From Fibrobacterota bacterium (GTDB lineage: Bacteria > Fibrobacterota > Fibrobacteria > UBA11236): a DNA stretch of 21,838 bases. The notes beneath the pieces were generated by a model. The model worked only from the letters and a program-made list of their open reading frames with translations. It was not told where the DNA came from and ran no database searches. Position numbers and translations under genes: made by a program. The first letter of the stretch is position 1, and each line of letters opens with the position of its first letter. The stretch is taken from assembly GCA_043753995.1 (NCBI GenBank), contig JAYUVP010000337.1, positions 1 to 21,838 of the forward strand. The letters run 5' to 3'. This document shows positions 6,469-15,786 of the stretch, one piece after another.

Positions 6469-8822
6469 CAGTATTTGCCTACCGAATTCGAAAATTGCGC
6501 GCCCATGTCCATCCATTCGATAAGGGTGAGCAAGTCCTTGTTCTTGACATCGAAAACATTGATGAAACCCGTGCTGTCCTTTTCCCAAAGGGCCGTGTGG
6601 TCATAACCCAGAGTGGGACGATAGACCGCTTCGTCCGATTTACGGGCCACGAGTTGCCGATTGAAAAGCACCCAGGCCAGCGGGCTTTGGCGCGCGCCAT
6701 TGTCGGTGGCATAGGGGCGACGCTTGCCTTTGGAATCGAGATAGCCCCCTTCCTTGGTGAGGCGATCGTAAACCGTAGAGACGCGGCCATTGCCGTATAT
6801 CGAATCCTGCTTCACCTCTTCGAGGATTAAGCCCGCGCCTTTATCTTCCGCGGTTCCCGCGCCATGGCAGGAGATGCATTGGTTGTCGAGCGAACCCTGC
6901 ACCGATTTGCCGTACGAGGCATAGGTGGCCTTGGGCGTCCATTCACGCTTATTCCGCACGGCTTCGGTGGAATCAATGGCGCGCTGGATGGCGCCGACCG
7001 AATAAAAATCCATGGTGTCGGTTTTCGAGGCGGGGTGCTCGGTGACCTTGGCGGCCTTGGCGAAGGTGGCCATGAAGGTTTTCATGGCATGCAAGGTGTC
7101 GACAACCGCTCCATCGCTTTCGCGTATGGAATACCCCAGAATGTCTTTGTCGCGCTCGCGGGTGCCATGGCAGCCGGTGCACATGCGCCGCTCGCCGGGC
7201 ATGACATGCACCCATTGCAATTGATTCACCAGCATGATGCCGTCTTCATCGAGTACTTGCATATGCAAGGAGCGATTGGCGGGCACTTCGGCGGCGAAGG
7301 ATCCGTCTTTTTCAATGGGGCCATAGCCGATGACGCGTTGCTTTTCGAATTCGGTGCGGCCTAGGCTTCCTCCGCGCATGTTGTAATTCGAGGGTATGGA
7401 AATGGCATCGAGAAAACGCATGTATTTGGCTTGTCCCGAAGCCGTATTGGCGTCTTCGCCATGATTGATCCATTTTCGATCAGGCCGCAAATGACCGTCA
7501 TTATCCATGCGGCTATAGACATCGGCGTCGAAAAAGATTCCCGTGGTGGCGTTTTTGGCCAATCCTTCGGCCACGTATTTGTCGGCCTTTTGCACGAGCG
7601 GCAGGCTGCGGGCTTCCACGACGACGGGGTCATAATCATTGGTCTCGCCGCTGGCGAAAATCAGCCTGCGATTGTCACCGTCCTTGTCCATCACGAAGAG
7701 ATCGTAGTTGACCGCCTCATTGTCCATATCTCCGCCCACTTCATGAGGAGACATGGCGACGAGCAGGCGCTCCTTGTTGCCATCGACTATGGGATAGGGC
7801 GTCTTGTAAATGGCATCGCTGACCTTTTGCGTGGTGTTATAGGGCGAAGTCGATGGCGTAATGATGTCCGGTGCCGCATTGATGGGCTTGCTCAAATCAA
7901 TGACCGCGATGGCGCCGCCCTCAAACCGGCTGGTGCGCTCCATCAAGGAGGAGACGATGCCGCCGTCGCGAAGCTCGCGCGCTTCGAGATAGGTGCGGCT
8001 GCCACTGCCCATGCCATTGCCCGAAAAGGTTTCATCCGATCCGAAAAGCACGAATTGCCGGCTACCGTCGGCATGAATGGTAAAGAGGCCAATTTTATTG
8101 GGCGAACCGAGGTGATCCCAGCGGCTGAAAATGATATTGCCCGTCGAAGCCTGCACGATGGGATTAAAGTCATGGCTCTGATTGAAGGAAAGCTGCTTGA
8201 TATCGGTGATGATTTTATTCCCGTCGCGATTGCCGACAAAAAGGTTGGACACGCTACGCCGCTCATATTCATCGGTTTGGTGTGCTCGCGTGCTGGTGAA
8301 AACAATGCGGCCGTCGGGCATATAAGCCGGGTCCATGTCGTCGAAGCCTTCATCGACGCCCTGGCTATTGCTCGTGATCGGACCTTCGGTCAACTGCACC
8401 AAATTGTCGCCCGAAACGTCCATCTCATAGATATGCCAATTCCGTGAGCCCTGCTTGCGCATGGAGAAAATCACGCGCTTGCCATCATAGCTCACCTCGG
8501 GATCCGCGGCGGCGCCCCATCGGTTCTGGTCGTCATTGGTGCGCGTGTATTGCGCCGTTAAATTGGTGAGTTTGCCCGTGGGGCCAATGGGCGATAGCGA
8601 ATACAAATCGGTTCCTGGATAGAACTCATTGGTATTGCTGGCCATGGCGATATTGTGACTGATTTGGCCCGCGCTGGGTTCGCGTACGAAAATCACGCGA
8701 CTGCTTTCACCTGATTTTTCAAGAATTTCATCGGCCGGCTCTAGGCAAGAAATCAATAGCATGGCGCCAGCCACAGCTATTAGCGTGCCGACTGCGAGAC
8801 GAATACCTTGGTTCATGCGCAT
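6468..8822 (-). CDS. Hydrazine-synthase-alpha-like lipoprotein: TolB/PD40-like beta-propeller, HZS-alpha middle domain and two c-type heme motifs
   Basis: Lipobox LLISC; propeller motifs DPEVSYDGKRVIFSMR, DMDPAYMPDGRIVFTSTR, IIFSRWDH; middle-domain motif GPIEKDGSFAAEVPANRSLHMQVLDEDG...WVHVMPGERRMCTGCH; second motif CISCH. AGGAGG at 8827-8832 supports a start at 8822 or 8816. Confidence 0.82.
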   Translation of the reverse strand: MRMNQGIRLAVGTLIAVAGAMLLISCLEPADEILEKSGESSRVIFVREPSAGQISHNIAMASNTNEFYPGTDLYSLSPIGPTGKLTNLTAQYTRTNDDQNRWGAAADPEVSYDGKRVIFSMRKQGSRNWHIYEMDVSGDNLVQLTEGPITSNSQGVDEGFDDMDPAYMPDGRIVFTSTRAHQTDEYERRSVSNLFVGNRDGNKIITDIKQLSFNQSHDFNPIVQASTGNIIFSRWDHLGSPNKIGLFTIHADGSRQFVLFGSDETFSGNGMGSGSRTYLEARELRDGGIVSSLMERTSRFEGGAIAVIDLSKPINAAPDIITPSTSPYNTTQKVSDAIYKTPYPIVDGNKERLLVAMSPHEVGGDMDNEAVNYDLFVMDKDGDNRRLIFASGETNDYDPVVVEARSLPLVQKADKYVAEGLAKNATTGIFFDADVYSRMDNDGHLRPDRKWINHGEDANTASGQAKYMRFLDAISIPSNYNMRGGSLGRTEFEKQRVIGYGPIEKDGSFAAEVPANRSLHMQVLDEDGIMLVNQLQWVHVMPGERRMCTGCHGTRERDKDILGYSIRESDGAVVDTLHAMKTFMATFAKAAKVTEHPASKTDTMDFYSVGAIQRAIDSTEAVRNKREWTPKATYASYGKSVQGSLDNQCISCHGAGTAEDKGAGLILEEVKQDSIYGNGRVSTVYDRLTKEGGYLDSKGKRRPYATDNGARQSPLAWVLFNRQLVARKSDEAVYRPTLGYDHTALWEKDSTGFINVFDVKNKDLLTLIEWMDMGAQFSNSVGKY

Positions 8823-8826
8823 ACAA

Positions 8827-8832
8827 CCTCCT
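8827..8832 (-). promoter_or_regulatory. Shine-Dalgarno site (AGGAGG) for the HzsA-like gene
   Basis: The - strand reads GAAGGAGGTTGTATGCGCATG. Confidence 0.7.
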
Positions 8833-8858
8833 TCAGGTGAACTCAAAACACAGGACAA

Positions 8859-9629
8859 TCAGAAATAAGTTTGCACGCCCAAAGTCACCACAAAATTTTG
8901 TGTGAGCGACGGCGTGGTGCGAATTTTTTGCGAATAAATCTGATCCTTGGCTTGCACGACCAAGGTCCAGTTGTCATTCCGAGTGAGGAAAGGCACGGGA
9001 AAGCGATGACCGAAGCCGACAACGCCACCAAAATTCGGCACCCCGCCCTGCAAGACGAGGGTCATTCCGGTCAGGAAATAGGGGAATAGCCCCCGACTGA
9101 CATCACGTCCATGCCTGCCAGAAAGGTCGATGGTATAACCGCCCAGAGTTTCTAGAGCAAGGAGCCAATTATTCTCAAAGGCGGACCCGCCAATCATTTT
9201 TTTTGAAAAATCACTTTGTACCCAGCCACCGCCAGCCGTGAATTGGAAGAACATAGGCCCAGGTATCGGGTACAAATCACAAGTCGCCAGGAAAATTGGG
9301 GTGGTGCCCAGCATTTCCGCGGAATTGGCACCCAAGGCAAGGCCATAGGCGACGATTCCTTTTCGGTTCATGGGAATGGGGCCTTCAGGAGCTTTGCGTG
9401 GTTTCACGTCTTCGCGGGGAGGTGCGACCTTGACTTCCTCGCGCGGTGCCGGAGGCGGGGTTGGCATGGCTATGAAAACAGTTTCGCGCTCGACGGCCTT
9501 GGGTGAAACGGCAGGCCGCGCGGCTTTTTTGGCTGGAGCTGCAAAGGCGGCCTGTCCAAGTCCAAGCAAAAGGGCCAGGGCCAGGGGGCGGGCGAAAGAG
9601 GCGAGGTCAGTGGGCCTAGATGAATGCAA
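8859..9629 (-). CDS. Exported protein with a Pro-rich linker and a probable small outer-membrane beta-barrel
   Basis: Signal peptide (LALALLLGLGQAAFA), linker PTPPPAPREE, amphipathic beta strands (LFPYFLTGM, FGGVVGFGHRF), C-terminal beta signal TLGVQTYF. Confidence 0.65.
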   Translation of the reverse strand: MHSSRPTDLASFARPLALALLLGLGQAAFAAPAKKAARPAVSPKAVERETVFIAMPTPPPAPREEVKVAPPREDVKPRKAPEGPIPMNRKGIVAYGLALGANSAEMLGTTPIFLATCDLYPIPGPMFFQFTAGGGWVQSDFSKKMIGGSAFENNWLLALETLGGYTIDLSGRHGRDVSRGLFPYFLTGMTLVLQGGVPNFGGVVGFGHRFPVPFLTRNDNWTLVVQAKDQIYSQKIRTTPSLTQNFVVTLGVQTYF

Positions 9630-10185
9630 CGATGACTCCCAGGCTCGAGGATTGATAAAGCAGCAATTCGGTATGGCCTTCCTGCTTATTGTCGACTTCG
9701 GTGAAGTATTGCTTGGTTTCGAAACGGAAGCCGATGCGCGAGTTCAAGTAAAAGCGCAGGCCTCCGCCGACATTGACACCCAAGGTGGATATGGTTTTGT
9801 CGCCCACCGAGTTTTCCGCCTTGGTCAGGAATAAACCGCCTCCTACCAAGCCAAAGGGCACGAAGCGCTTGGCTTGGGCCAGGTTCAAAACCAAGTTGAG
9901 GGTGAGGGGATAAAGGGTGGCATAACGCCCAATCACTTGGTCCGCGGAAAGTTCGAGGCTGAAGCCTTTGTACAGCATGGCGCCGCGTAGGCCCAGCATG
10001 GTAGAGCCACCCATGAAGCCCACTTGAGGGGTGATTTCAAATAAGCCCTCACCCAGTCCGGGAGCAGCTTCATTCGCGGATACAGGATTGGCTGAGAGAG
10101 CAGGGGAAGGGGGACCACCGGCCATGGAATTTGTCGCTAGGAAAAAGACCAATAGAAGCGACCAAAGAATGGGGGTACCCGGCAT
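9616..10185 (-). CDS. Outer-membrane beta-barrel domain protein (OmpA-like, probably 8-stranded)
   Basis: Signal peptide; FEITPQVGF, FVPFGLVGGGLF, LGVNVGGGLRFYLNSRIGFRFETKQYF. First gene of the - strand operon. Confidence 0.75.
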   Translation of the reverse strand: MPGTPILWSLLLVFFLATNSMAGGPPSPALSANPVSANEAAPGLGEGLFEITPQVGFMGGSTMLGLRGAMLYKGFSLELSADQVIGRYATLYPLTLNLVLNLAQAKRFVPFGLVGGGLFLTKAENSVGDKTISTLGVNVGGGLRFYLNSRIGFRFETKQYFTEVDNKQEGHTELLLYQSSSLGVIVAFI

Positions 10186-10448
10186 AGTGCTAGAATTATA
10201 GCCCCCTAGTCAAGCGCAAGGTTTTGAAAATTGCCGAAAAGCGCAAAATCGCGCCTCAAAAGCGGGACGATTACAGGACAAAATCGGCATCAAACATGGC
10301 CAGTGCAGTTGGGACTCTTGAGAATAAAGGGCCGAGATGAAATTGCAAAATGCGGATTTTGGCTATGGGATAATACGTGGGGAGTACGCAGCTTTGAGAA
10401 TCTTGGTTTTTATAGGATCTTGGAACTCGGTCTGCTCGGAAAGGACCC

Positions 10449-12521
10449 ATGGACCTCAATATTGAATTGCCTTTGGCACTCGGCTTGGTGGGAGGCGCCT
10501 TCGCCTTGGCGCATGCCGCCAAAACATCCCGCTGGATTTTAAAACAGGAAGTTCCCGACGAAAAGCTCAGACGCATTTCCGGCTATGTCGCGCAAGGCGC
10601 TATGGCCTTTTTGATGCGTGAATACAGGGTTTTGCTGCCCTTTGTGATTAGCGCAGGAGCCCTGCTTTTCTTGGGGAATAAGGGATATTTGAAATGGGAA
10701 GCGGTCACCTTCGTGGTGGGCGCTTTTTGTTCGGCTATCGCAGGCTTTATCGGAATGCGGGTGGCCACGGCCGCGAATTCTCGTACGACCATGGCGGCGC
10801 GCACTTCCCTCAATGATGCGCTCAAGGTCAGCTTCGCGGGCGGAGCGGTGATGGGCATGTGCGTGGTGGGGTTGGCCTTAATTGGGGTCAGTGCCATCCT
10901 TTTCGCCACCATTCACTCTTTTGGTCGCTCGGCGGCCAGCTTCGATGAATTGGGCCTCCCTATCCTTTCTGGCTTTGCCCTGGGAGCTTCCTGCATTGCG
11001 CTTTTCTCGCGCGTGGGTGGCGGCATTTTCACCAAGGCGGCCGATGTCGGCGCCGACTTGGTGGGCAAGGTGGAAGCCGGTATTCCCGAAGACGACCCTC
11101 GCAATCCCGCCACCATTGCCGACAATGTGGGCGACAATGTGGGTGATGTCGCGGGCATGGGTGCCGATCTCTATGAAAGCTTCGTGGCTTCGGTATTAGG
11201 CTGCATGATTCTGGGCCTTGCCTGTGATGCCCCGGAAGACCTTCGCATACGCCTTTGCCTACTACCACTCGTACTTGCCGCCGCCGGCGTCATCGCTTCT
11301 GCTATCGGAATGCTTTTCGTCAAGGTCGCGCCCAATGGCTCGCCTCTGGCGGCACTTAATAAGGGAAGTTTTATTGCTGCAGCCTTGTCGGCGATTTTCA
11401 GCTATCCGATTTTTTGGGGAGCACTCGGCGGGGAAACCTTCAATGGTGGCGCCGACGCTCTTCGCCTCTTCTATTGCACGGTGACCGGCGTTGCCGCGGG
11501 CACCTTAATCGGGCTGATCACGGAATATTATACGGGCACCGGCAAAGGTCCCGTGAATACCATAGTGAAATCCTGCGAAACCGGACCCGCCACCACCTTG
11601 ATTACCGGCATGGGGGTGGGCATGACCAGCACGGCCCTTCCTGTCGTTGTCATGGCCGCTACCATTTTCCTCAGCTATAGCTTTGCAGGTCTTTTCGGTG
11701 TCGCCATCGCAACGGTCGGATTGCAATTGACTCTGGGTATACAGCTTGCCGTTGATGCCTTCGGCCCTATTGCCGACAATGCCGGCGGTCTCGCTGAAAT
11801 GGCGGAGTTTCCTCCGTCAGTACGAGCCAATACCGATAAGCTGGATGCCGTCGGCAATACCACGGCAGCCATCGGCAAGGGTTTTGCCATTGGTAGCGCG
11901 GCTCTCACTTCGGTGATTCTCTTCTCGGCTTTCAAGGAAGAGGTCGGCATAGACACCATTGAAATCACCGATCCCAAGGTTTTGATCGGCTTGCTTTTGG
12001 GCGGCATGACGCCCTATCTCTTCAGTTCCATGTGCATGATGGCGGTGGGTCGAGCTGCATTCGCCATGGTCGAAGAGGTGCGACGTCAATTTCGCACCAT
12101 TGCCGGCCTCATGGAGGGGCGTACCGAGCCCGATTATGCTCGCTGTGTGGATATATCCACCACAGCGGCCTTGAGGGAAATGATTTTGCCCGGCCTCATC
12201 GCCATATTATCCCCGGTTGTAGTGGGCTTTTTGGGTGGCGTGGAAATGCTCATGGGCTTTCTTACGGGAGTTACGGCTTCGGGCGTGGCCTTGGCCATTT
12301 TCATGTCCAATACCGGCGGTGCTTGGGACAATGCCAAGAAAACCATCGAAGCCATTCCGGGCGGCAAGGGCTCCGATGCCCACAAGGCTTCGGTGGTGGG
12401 CGACACGGTCGGCGATCCCTTCAAGGATACGGCCGGACCCTCGCTGAATATCTTGATCAAATTGATGGGCGTCATGAGCGTGGTCATTGCTCCCATGCTC
12501 AAACGCTTCTGGGGGTTATGA
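10449..12521 (+). CDS. hppA: Membrane-bound pyrophosphatase, K+-dependent, probably Na+-translocating
   Basis: [100 protein letters not shown] upstream. Confidence 0.97.
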   Translation: MDLNIELPLALGLVGGAFALAHAAKTSRWILKQEVPDEKLRRISGYVAQGAMAFLMREYRVLLPFVISAGALLFLGNKGYLKWEAVTFVVGAFCSAIAGFIGMRVATAANSRTTMAARTSLNDALKVSFAGGAVMGMCVVGLALIGVSAILFATIHSFGRSAASFDELGLPILSGFALGASCIALFSRVGGGIFTKAADVGADLVGKVEAGIPEDDPRNPATIADNVGDNVGDVAGMGADLYESFVASVLGCMILGLACDAPEDLRIRLCLLPLVLAAAGVIASAIGMLFVKVAPNGSPLAALNKGSFIAAALSAIFSYPIFWGALGGETFNGGADALRLFYCTVTGVAAGTLIGLITEYYTGTGKGPVNTIVKSCETGPATTLITGMGVGMTSTALPVVVMAATIFLSYSFAGLFGVAIATVGLQLTLGIQLAVDAFGPIADNAGGLAEMAEFPPSVRANTDKLDAVGNTTAAIGKGFAIGSAALTSVILFSAFKEEVGIDTIEITDPKVLIGLLLGGMTPYLFSSMCMMAVGRAAFAMVEEVRRQFRTIAGLMEGRTEPDYARCVDISTTAALREMILPGLIAILSPVVVGFLGGVEMLMGFLTGVTASGVALAIFMSNTGGAWDNAKKTIEAIPGGKGSDAHKASVVGDTVGDPFKDTAGPSLNILIKLMGVMSVVIAPMLKRFWGL

Positions 12522-12522
12522 C

Positions 12523-13308
12523 ATGGAATACGAAAACCGGCTCTATCAGATCCTTTATCCCAATCAGGCCTTGGTTTTATCCCAGCTTTCGCCTGAGGCC
12601 TTTGCCAGGCATTATTTGATTGGCTCGATCCGGCATTACCAGGGTAAGCTGGTTTTCGCTGACATCGATATCAATTTTCGAAACCCGTATTTCGACATCG
12701 ACTTGCATCTGAAGGATTTGGTGCCCCATAACGATGGCACCCCCAAGCACACCAAATTCGTTTGCTCTTATCGCGTGATGGAGCATATGGACTTCGATTG
12801 CATCAAAAGTCTTTACCTCACGACTTCGCAAGCCAATGTCTTGGAATTGAAGCCAGCGGCTTATGATAAGGTGCATCAGCGCGGCTTCTTGCGTACCTAT
12901 GCGGAAATCGCGCCGCTTTCGATGTTGGTGATGTCGCCGCTAGACCTTCCCGAATTCGGGCGCTATATCACGCGGCCACAGAACCCCAAAGGTTGTCCCA
13001 AGCTTTTCTATACCCAGATTGACCTCAATGTCGATGAATTCCTGGGTGGGTTCGAGAAAAATCCTTTTATGCAGGCGCCGTTTCCTTTTTTGCATCCCAG
13101 TAAATTGCGCGACGCCATTTTGCAAATGAAGATTAAGCCGGAAAAAGAAACCAAGGGGCTTTCGCTTTTCTGTCCTCTCGATCAAATGAGCTTCAAGAGC
13201 GTGCGGCATGGCTTCATGTTCAGCTCGCAGGAAAAGTCGCGCTACTTTCCCATGCCGACGCATCGCGAAATCGAAGAGAAGAATTTCCGTTTCTGGCAGG
13301 GGATTTAA
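12523..13308 (+). CDS. Hypothetical cytoplasmic protein (261 aa)
   Basis: Long ORF with protein-like composition (PHNDGTPK...SYRVMEH). The ATG at 12523 follows the hppA stop after a 1-nt gap. No signal peptide or TM segment seen. Confidence 0.8.
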   Translation: MEYENRLYQILYPNQALVLSQLSPEAFARHYLIGSIRHYQGKLVFADIDINFRNPYFDIDLHLKDLVPHNDGTPKHTKFVCSYRVMEHMDFDCIKSLYLTTSQANVLELKPAAYDKVHQRGFLRTYAEIAPLSMLVMSPLDLPEFGRYITRPQNPKGCPKLFYTQIDLNVDEFLGGFEKNPFMQAPFPFLHPSKLRDAILQMKIKPEKETKGLSLFCPLDQMSFKSVRHGFMFSSQEKSRYFPMPTHREIEEKNFRFWQGI

Positions 13309-13312
13309 AACC

Positions 13313-15523
13313 CTAGGGATTCGCATTCAACGGAAGGCGATAGCTGCCTTGCAGGGTGCGAATCATCACCAGATATTGTCCCCGCTTGAAAGCATTGCCC
13401 ATCGCGTCGCGGCCATCCCAGTGAAATATCTGGGTGGCAGGCGATTTGCCTTTAGCGCTCCATGCGAAAAGGGACTTGCCTTGCAGGTTCACTACGCGAA
13501 AATCAAGCAGGGCATTGCCAGGATTGAGCCTTAAAACCCAACCTGCGCCATCCTGAGCCCAGGAATAAAGCGGCAAGCTCAGCAAATGGCCTTGTCCCAG
13601 TCCCGTAGCCGGGAAATTTTTATTCAAATTATTGTCATCGGTCACGGCTTCGGGTTTAATGGCTAGGAAAGCCGTGTATTCGCTCAGCACTTGATGCTCG
13701 ACCGAAAGCTTGATAATGGCGCCCTTATTTTTTTGCGTCGTGCCTTCGTCCAAGCGAAGGCGGCCGATTTGGTCTCGCGCCCAAAGCTTGGCGCAAACCC
13801 AATCGCCCTGGGTGGCATCCGCCAGGAAAAAATCGCGCTGAATTCGAATAGGCGAGCCATTGCGAATGGCTTGCAAGGTCACCGTGCTGGATCCGCCTTT
13901 CGAGTAGCGGCCATAAACCGTATAGGGTAGACCGCGATAAAGTCGGTTTTGGACGGGAGTCAGCACATCGCTCACGGCCGCAGAGCCGAAGTCCAGGGTG
14001 ATTTGTGTAAGCTGGGGGCTTTCGATGCGGCTCCAGGCCGTATCCGCTTTATTCGCCGCCGATTCCGTTTCGGTGATCTCAGTGGCGAAACCATTGCCGA
14101 CTGCGGCGCTGGTTTCCAGAAAAGCGCGGTTGAGATTATTTCCCGCCCCAAAAGTCAGGATGGTGGGTTTGGAGGGATGTTGGCGTATGGCTTCGATGAT
14201 GGCGCTTTCATTGGTGATGAAGCCGTCAGTCAAAAAGACATAGTAACGCTGATGTTCCGTGGTTTGGGCTAGGCTCAGAGTGGTATTGATGGCATTGAGC
14301 AATTCCGTGCCGCCACTCGAGGTCAAACCATCAATGAATTTTCCGGCTTGGGAGATGTTATCAGAGGTCGCGTCGACCGTAATGGAGGAAGGAAAGGCAT
14401 AGGTGACGGTATTATTGAATGCCAGGACGGATAGCCTATCCGTGGGGGCCAGGCGCTTCAGCAAGGCTTGAGAAATTTCCTTTTCTTTGCGCAGAGGCCA
14501 ACCCTCCTGGGAGCCTGAAATGTCAACGAGCAAAACCAATTCGATAGCACTCCGCGTTGTTTTCGTTGTATCGGCATCGGGATAAAGTGAGAGCGCGAAA
14601 TAGCCGCCCAGTTGCGGGGAGTGCCAGTTCGAAGCCAAGGAAAAATCCTGGTCGCTACTCGCACGGCGGAAACGCAAGACAAAATCGGTATTGGGATAGG
14701 CCGCTTGGGTTTTCAGCAGAACGGCGTGAGCCTGGGCTTGGTGGAGGCTGTCTCCACTGAGAACGAGGCCGCGGGCTTGGAGTTGGCTCTTAGCTTCGGC
14801 GGCGGTTGAAATCACGAGAGGATGGGTGGGTGATTTTAAATCGGCAATGGCAAAACCGGTTTGCACAATCACATTGAATTGAAGCCTTTGCCCCTCGCGA
14901 TCCGCCGGAGGATTCCAGGCATTACTCGTAGTCGTGCCCGCGCCGTCACCATAGCGCTGGGCTACCATGGTCGGCATGGTGAATTCAAAGGTGCCATCGA
15001 CATATTTCAAGGGCATGGAGATTTCGATTTCCACCGTGGCCGAATCGCCGGATTTCAAATTGGCGATATGCTGCTCGAAAATATTGGGCCGGTTTTGCAA
15101 AAGGAGGGCGCCTTGTCCGCCGCTTTGCACCACCGAATCGTATTGCTTTTGGGCCAGCGCTTTCTCCATGATTTTGGCGATGAATAGCGAGTCCTTGCAT
15201 TGCATGCGCATGGCGTGCACGGCGCCGTCATGGGGCAGGGGAAAGACATAAACCATGTCCTTGACCTTGCCATAGCGGTTCACAAAGACCTGGGTGACCT
15301 TGGCTTGGGCGAAGCCGTCGGTGATGCTCACATTGTATCGCGTGAATTCCGGGGAAAGCGGCAGGGGTTTGCCTGTCGACTCGTCCAGCATGACAATCAG
15401 GGGGCCGCGAATCACGTCATAGGGAATGCTAATGGTCTGGCCTGTCTGGGCATGCGCGGCCAGGACGGCGATGCATAGCCAAAAAATCAGGCCCAGAGAA
15501 ATTTTGGATGCCGAGATTTTCAT
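13313..15523 (-). CDS. Secreted VIT (vault inter-alpha-trypsin) + vWA domain protein with a C-terminal FlgD-Ig/sorting-like domain
   Basis: Signal peptide; VIT motifs VTQVFVN...YVFPLPHDGAV and LLLQNRPNIFEQHIANL; vWA MIDAS DISGS...GGTEL...FLTDG; LSVEHQVLSEYTAFLA; tail WDGRDAMGNAFKRGQYLVMI. Confidence 0.9.
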   Translation of the reverse strand: MKISASKISLGLIFWLCIAVLAAHAQTGQTISIPYDVIRGPLIVMLDESTGKPLPLSPEFTRYNVSITDGFAQAKVTQVFVNRYGKVKDMVYVFPLPHDGAVHAMRMQCKDSLFIAKIMEKALAQKQYDSVVQSGGQGALLLQNRPNIFEQHIANLKSGDSATVEIEISMPLKYVDGTFEFTMPTMVAQRYGDGAGTTTSNAWNPPADREGQRLQFNVIVQTGFAIADLKSPTHPLVISTAAEAKSQLQARGLVLSGDSLHQAQAHAVLLKTQAAYPNTDFVLRFRRASSDQDFSLASNWHSPQLGGYFALSLYPDADTTKTTRSAIELVLLVDISGSQEGWPLRKEKEISQALLKRLAPTDRLSVLAFNNTVTYAFPSSITVDATSDNISQAGKFIDGLTSSGGTELLNAINTTLSLAQTTEHQRYYVFLTDGFITNESAIIEAIRQHPSKPTILTFGAGNNLNRAFLETSAAVGNGFATEITETESAANKADTAWSRIESPQLTQITLDFGSAAVSDVLTPVQNRLYRGLPYTVYGRYSKGGSSTVTLQAIRNGSPIRIQRDFFLADATQGDWVCAKLWARDQIGRLRLDEGTTQKNKGAIIKLSVEHQVLSEYTAFLAIKPEAVTDDNNLNKNFPATGLGQGHLLSLPLYSWAQDGAGWVLRLNPGNALLDFRVVNLQGKSLFAWSAKGKSPATQIFHWDGRDAMGNAFKRGQYLVMIRTLQGSYRLPLNANP

Positions 15524-15555
15524 GCGTCTCTCCGAGGTTGGATGACCCTGTTAAG

Positions 15556-15570
15556 GCAAATCCAATGCCA
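15556..15570 (-). promoter_or_regulatory. Sigma54 (-24/-12) promoter for the VIT-vWA gene
   Basis: The - strand reads TGGCATTGGATTTGC (GG-N10-GC), 32 nt upstream of the ATG, with a GGAG RBS in between. Confidence 0.75.
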
Positions 15571-15786
15571 GGAGGAGACGGCAGAAGGGTGCGGTTATTT
15601 ACGGAAATTCCGCCTTAGAGCGAAATGGAAAATTCAAATCATTTCAAGTTTGGGAATGGAGTATGTCATTCTTAAGACGTGGAATACTTGAGCGCCGATT
15701 CACCATTCGCAAGCTGCCAACCTATCCCACATTGCAAGGACGGCTGGCTATCTGGCAGCGGCGCTGCTGGACAAATGGCCTCGCGA

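Noticed and set aside
7431..8447. 338-aa + strand ORF
   Set aside because: Lies entirely antisense to the well-supported HzsA-like gene and has no motifs; a typical shadow ORF.
6468..8822. Evidence for anammox metabolism (true hydrazine synthase)
   Set aside because: No hzsB/hzsC or other anammox genes are adjacent. HzsA-like domains occur in many non-anammox bacteria, and this protein is a lipoprotein in a different operon.
10421..10436. Sigma54-like TGGAACTCGGTCTGCT before hppA
   Set aside because: Spacing fits GG-N10-GC, but the implied TSS (about 10447) would fall downstream of the AAGGA RBS, and both half-sites deviate from consensus.
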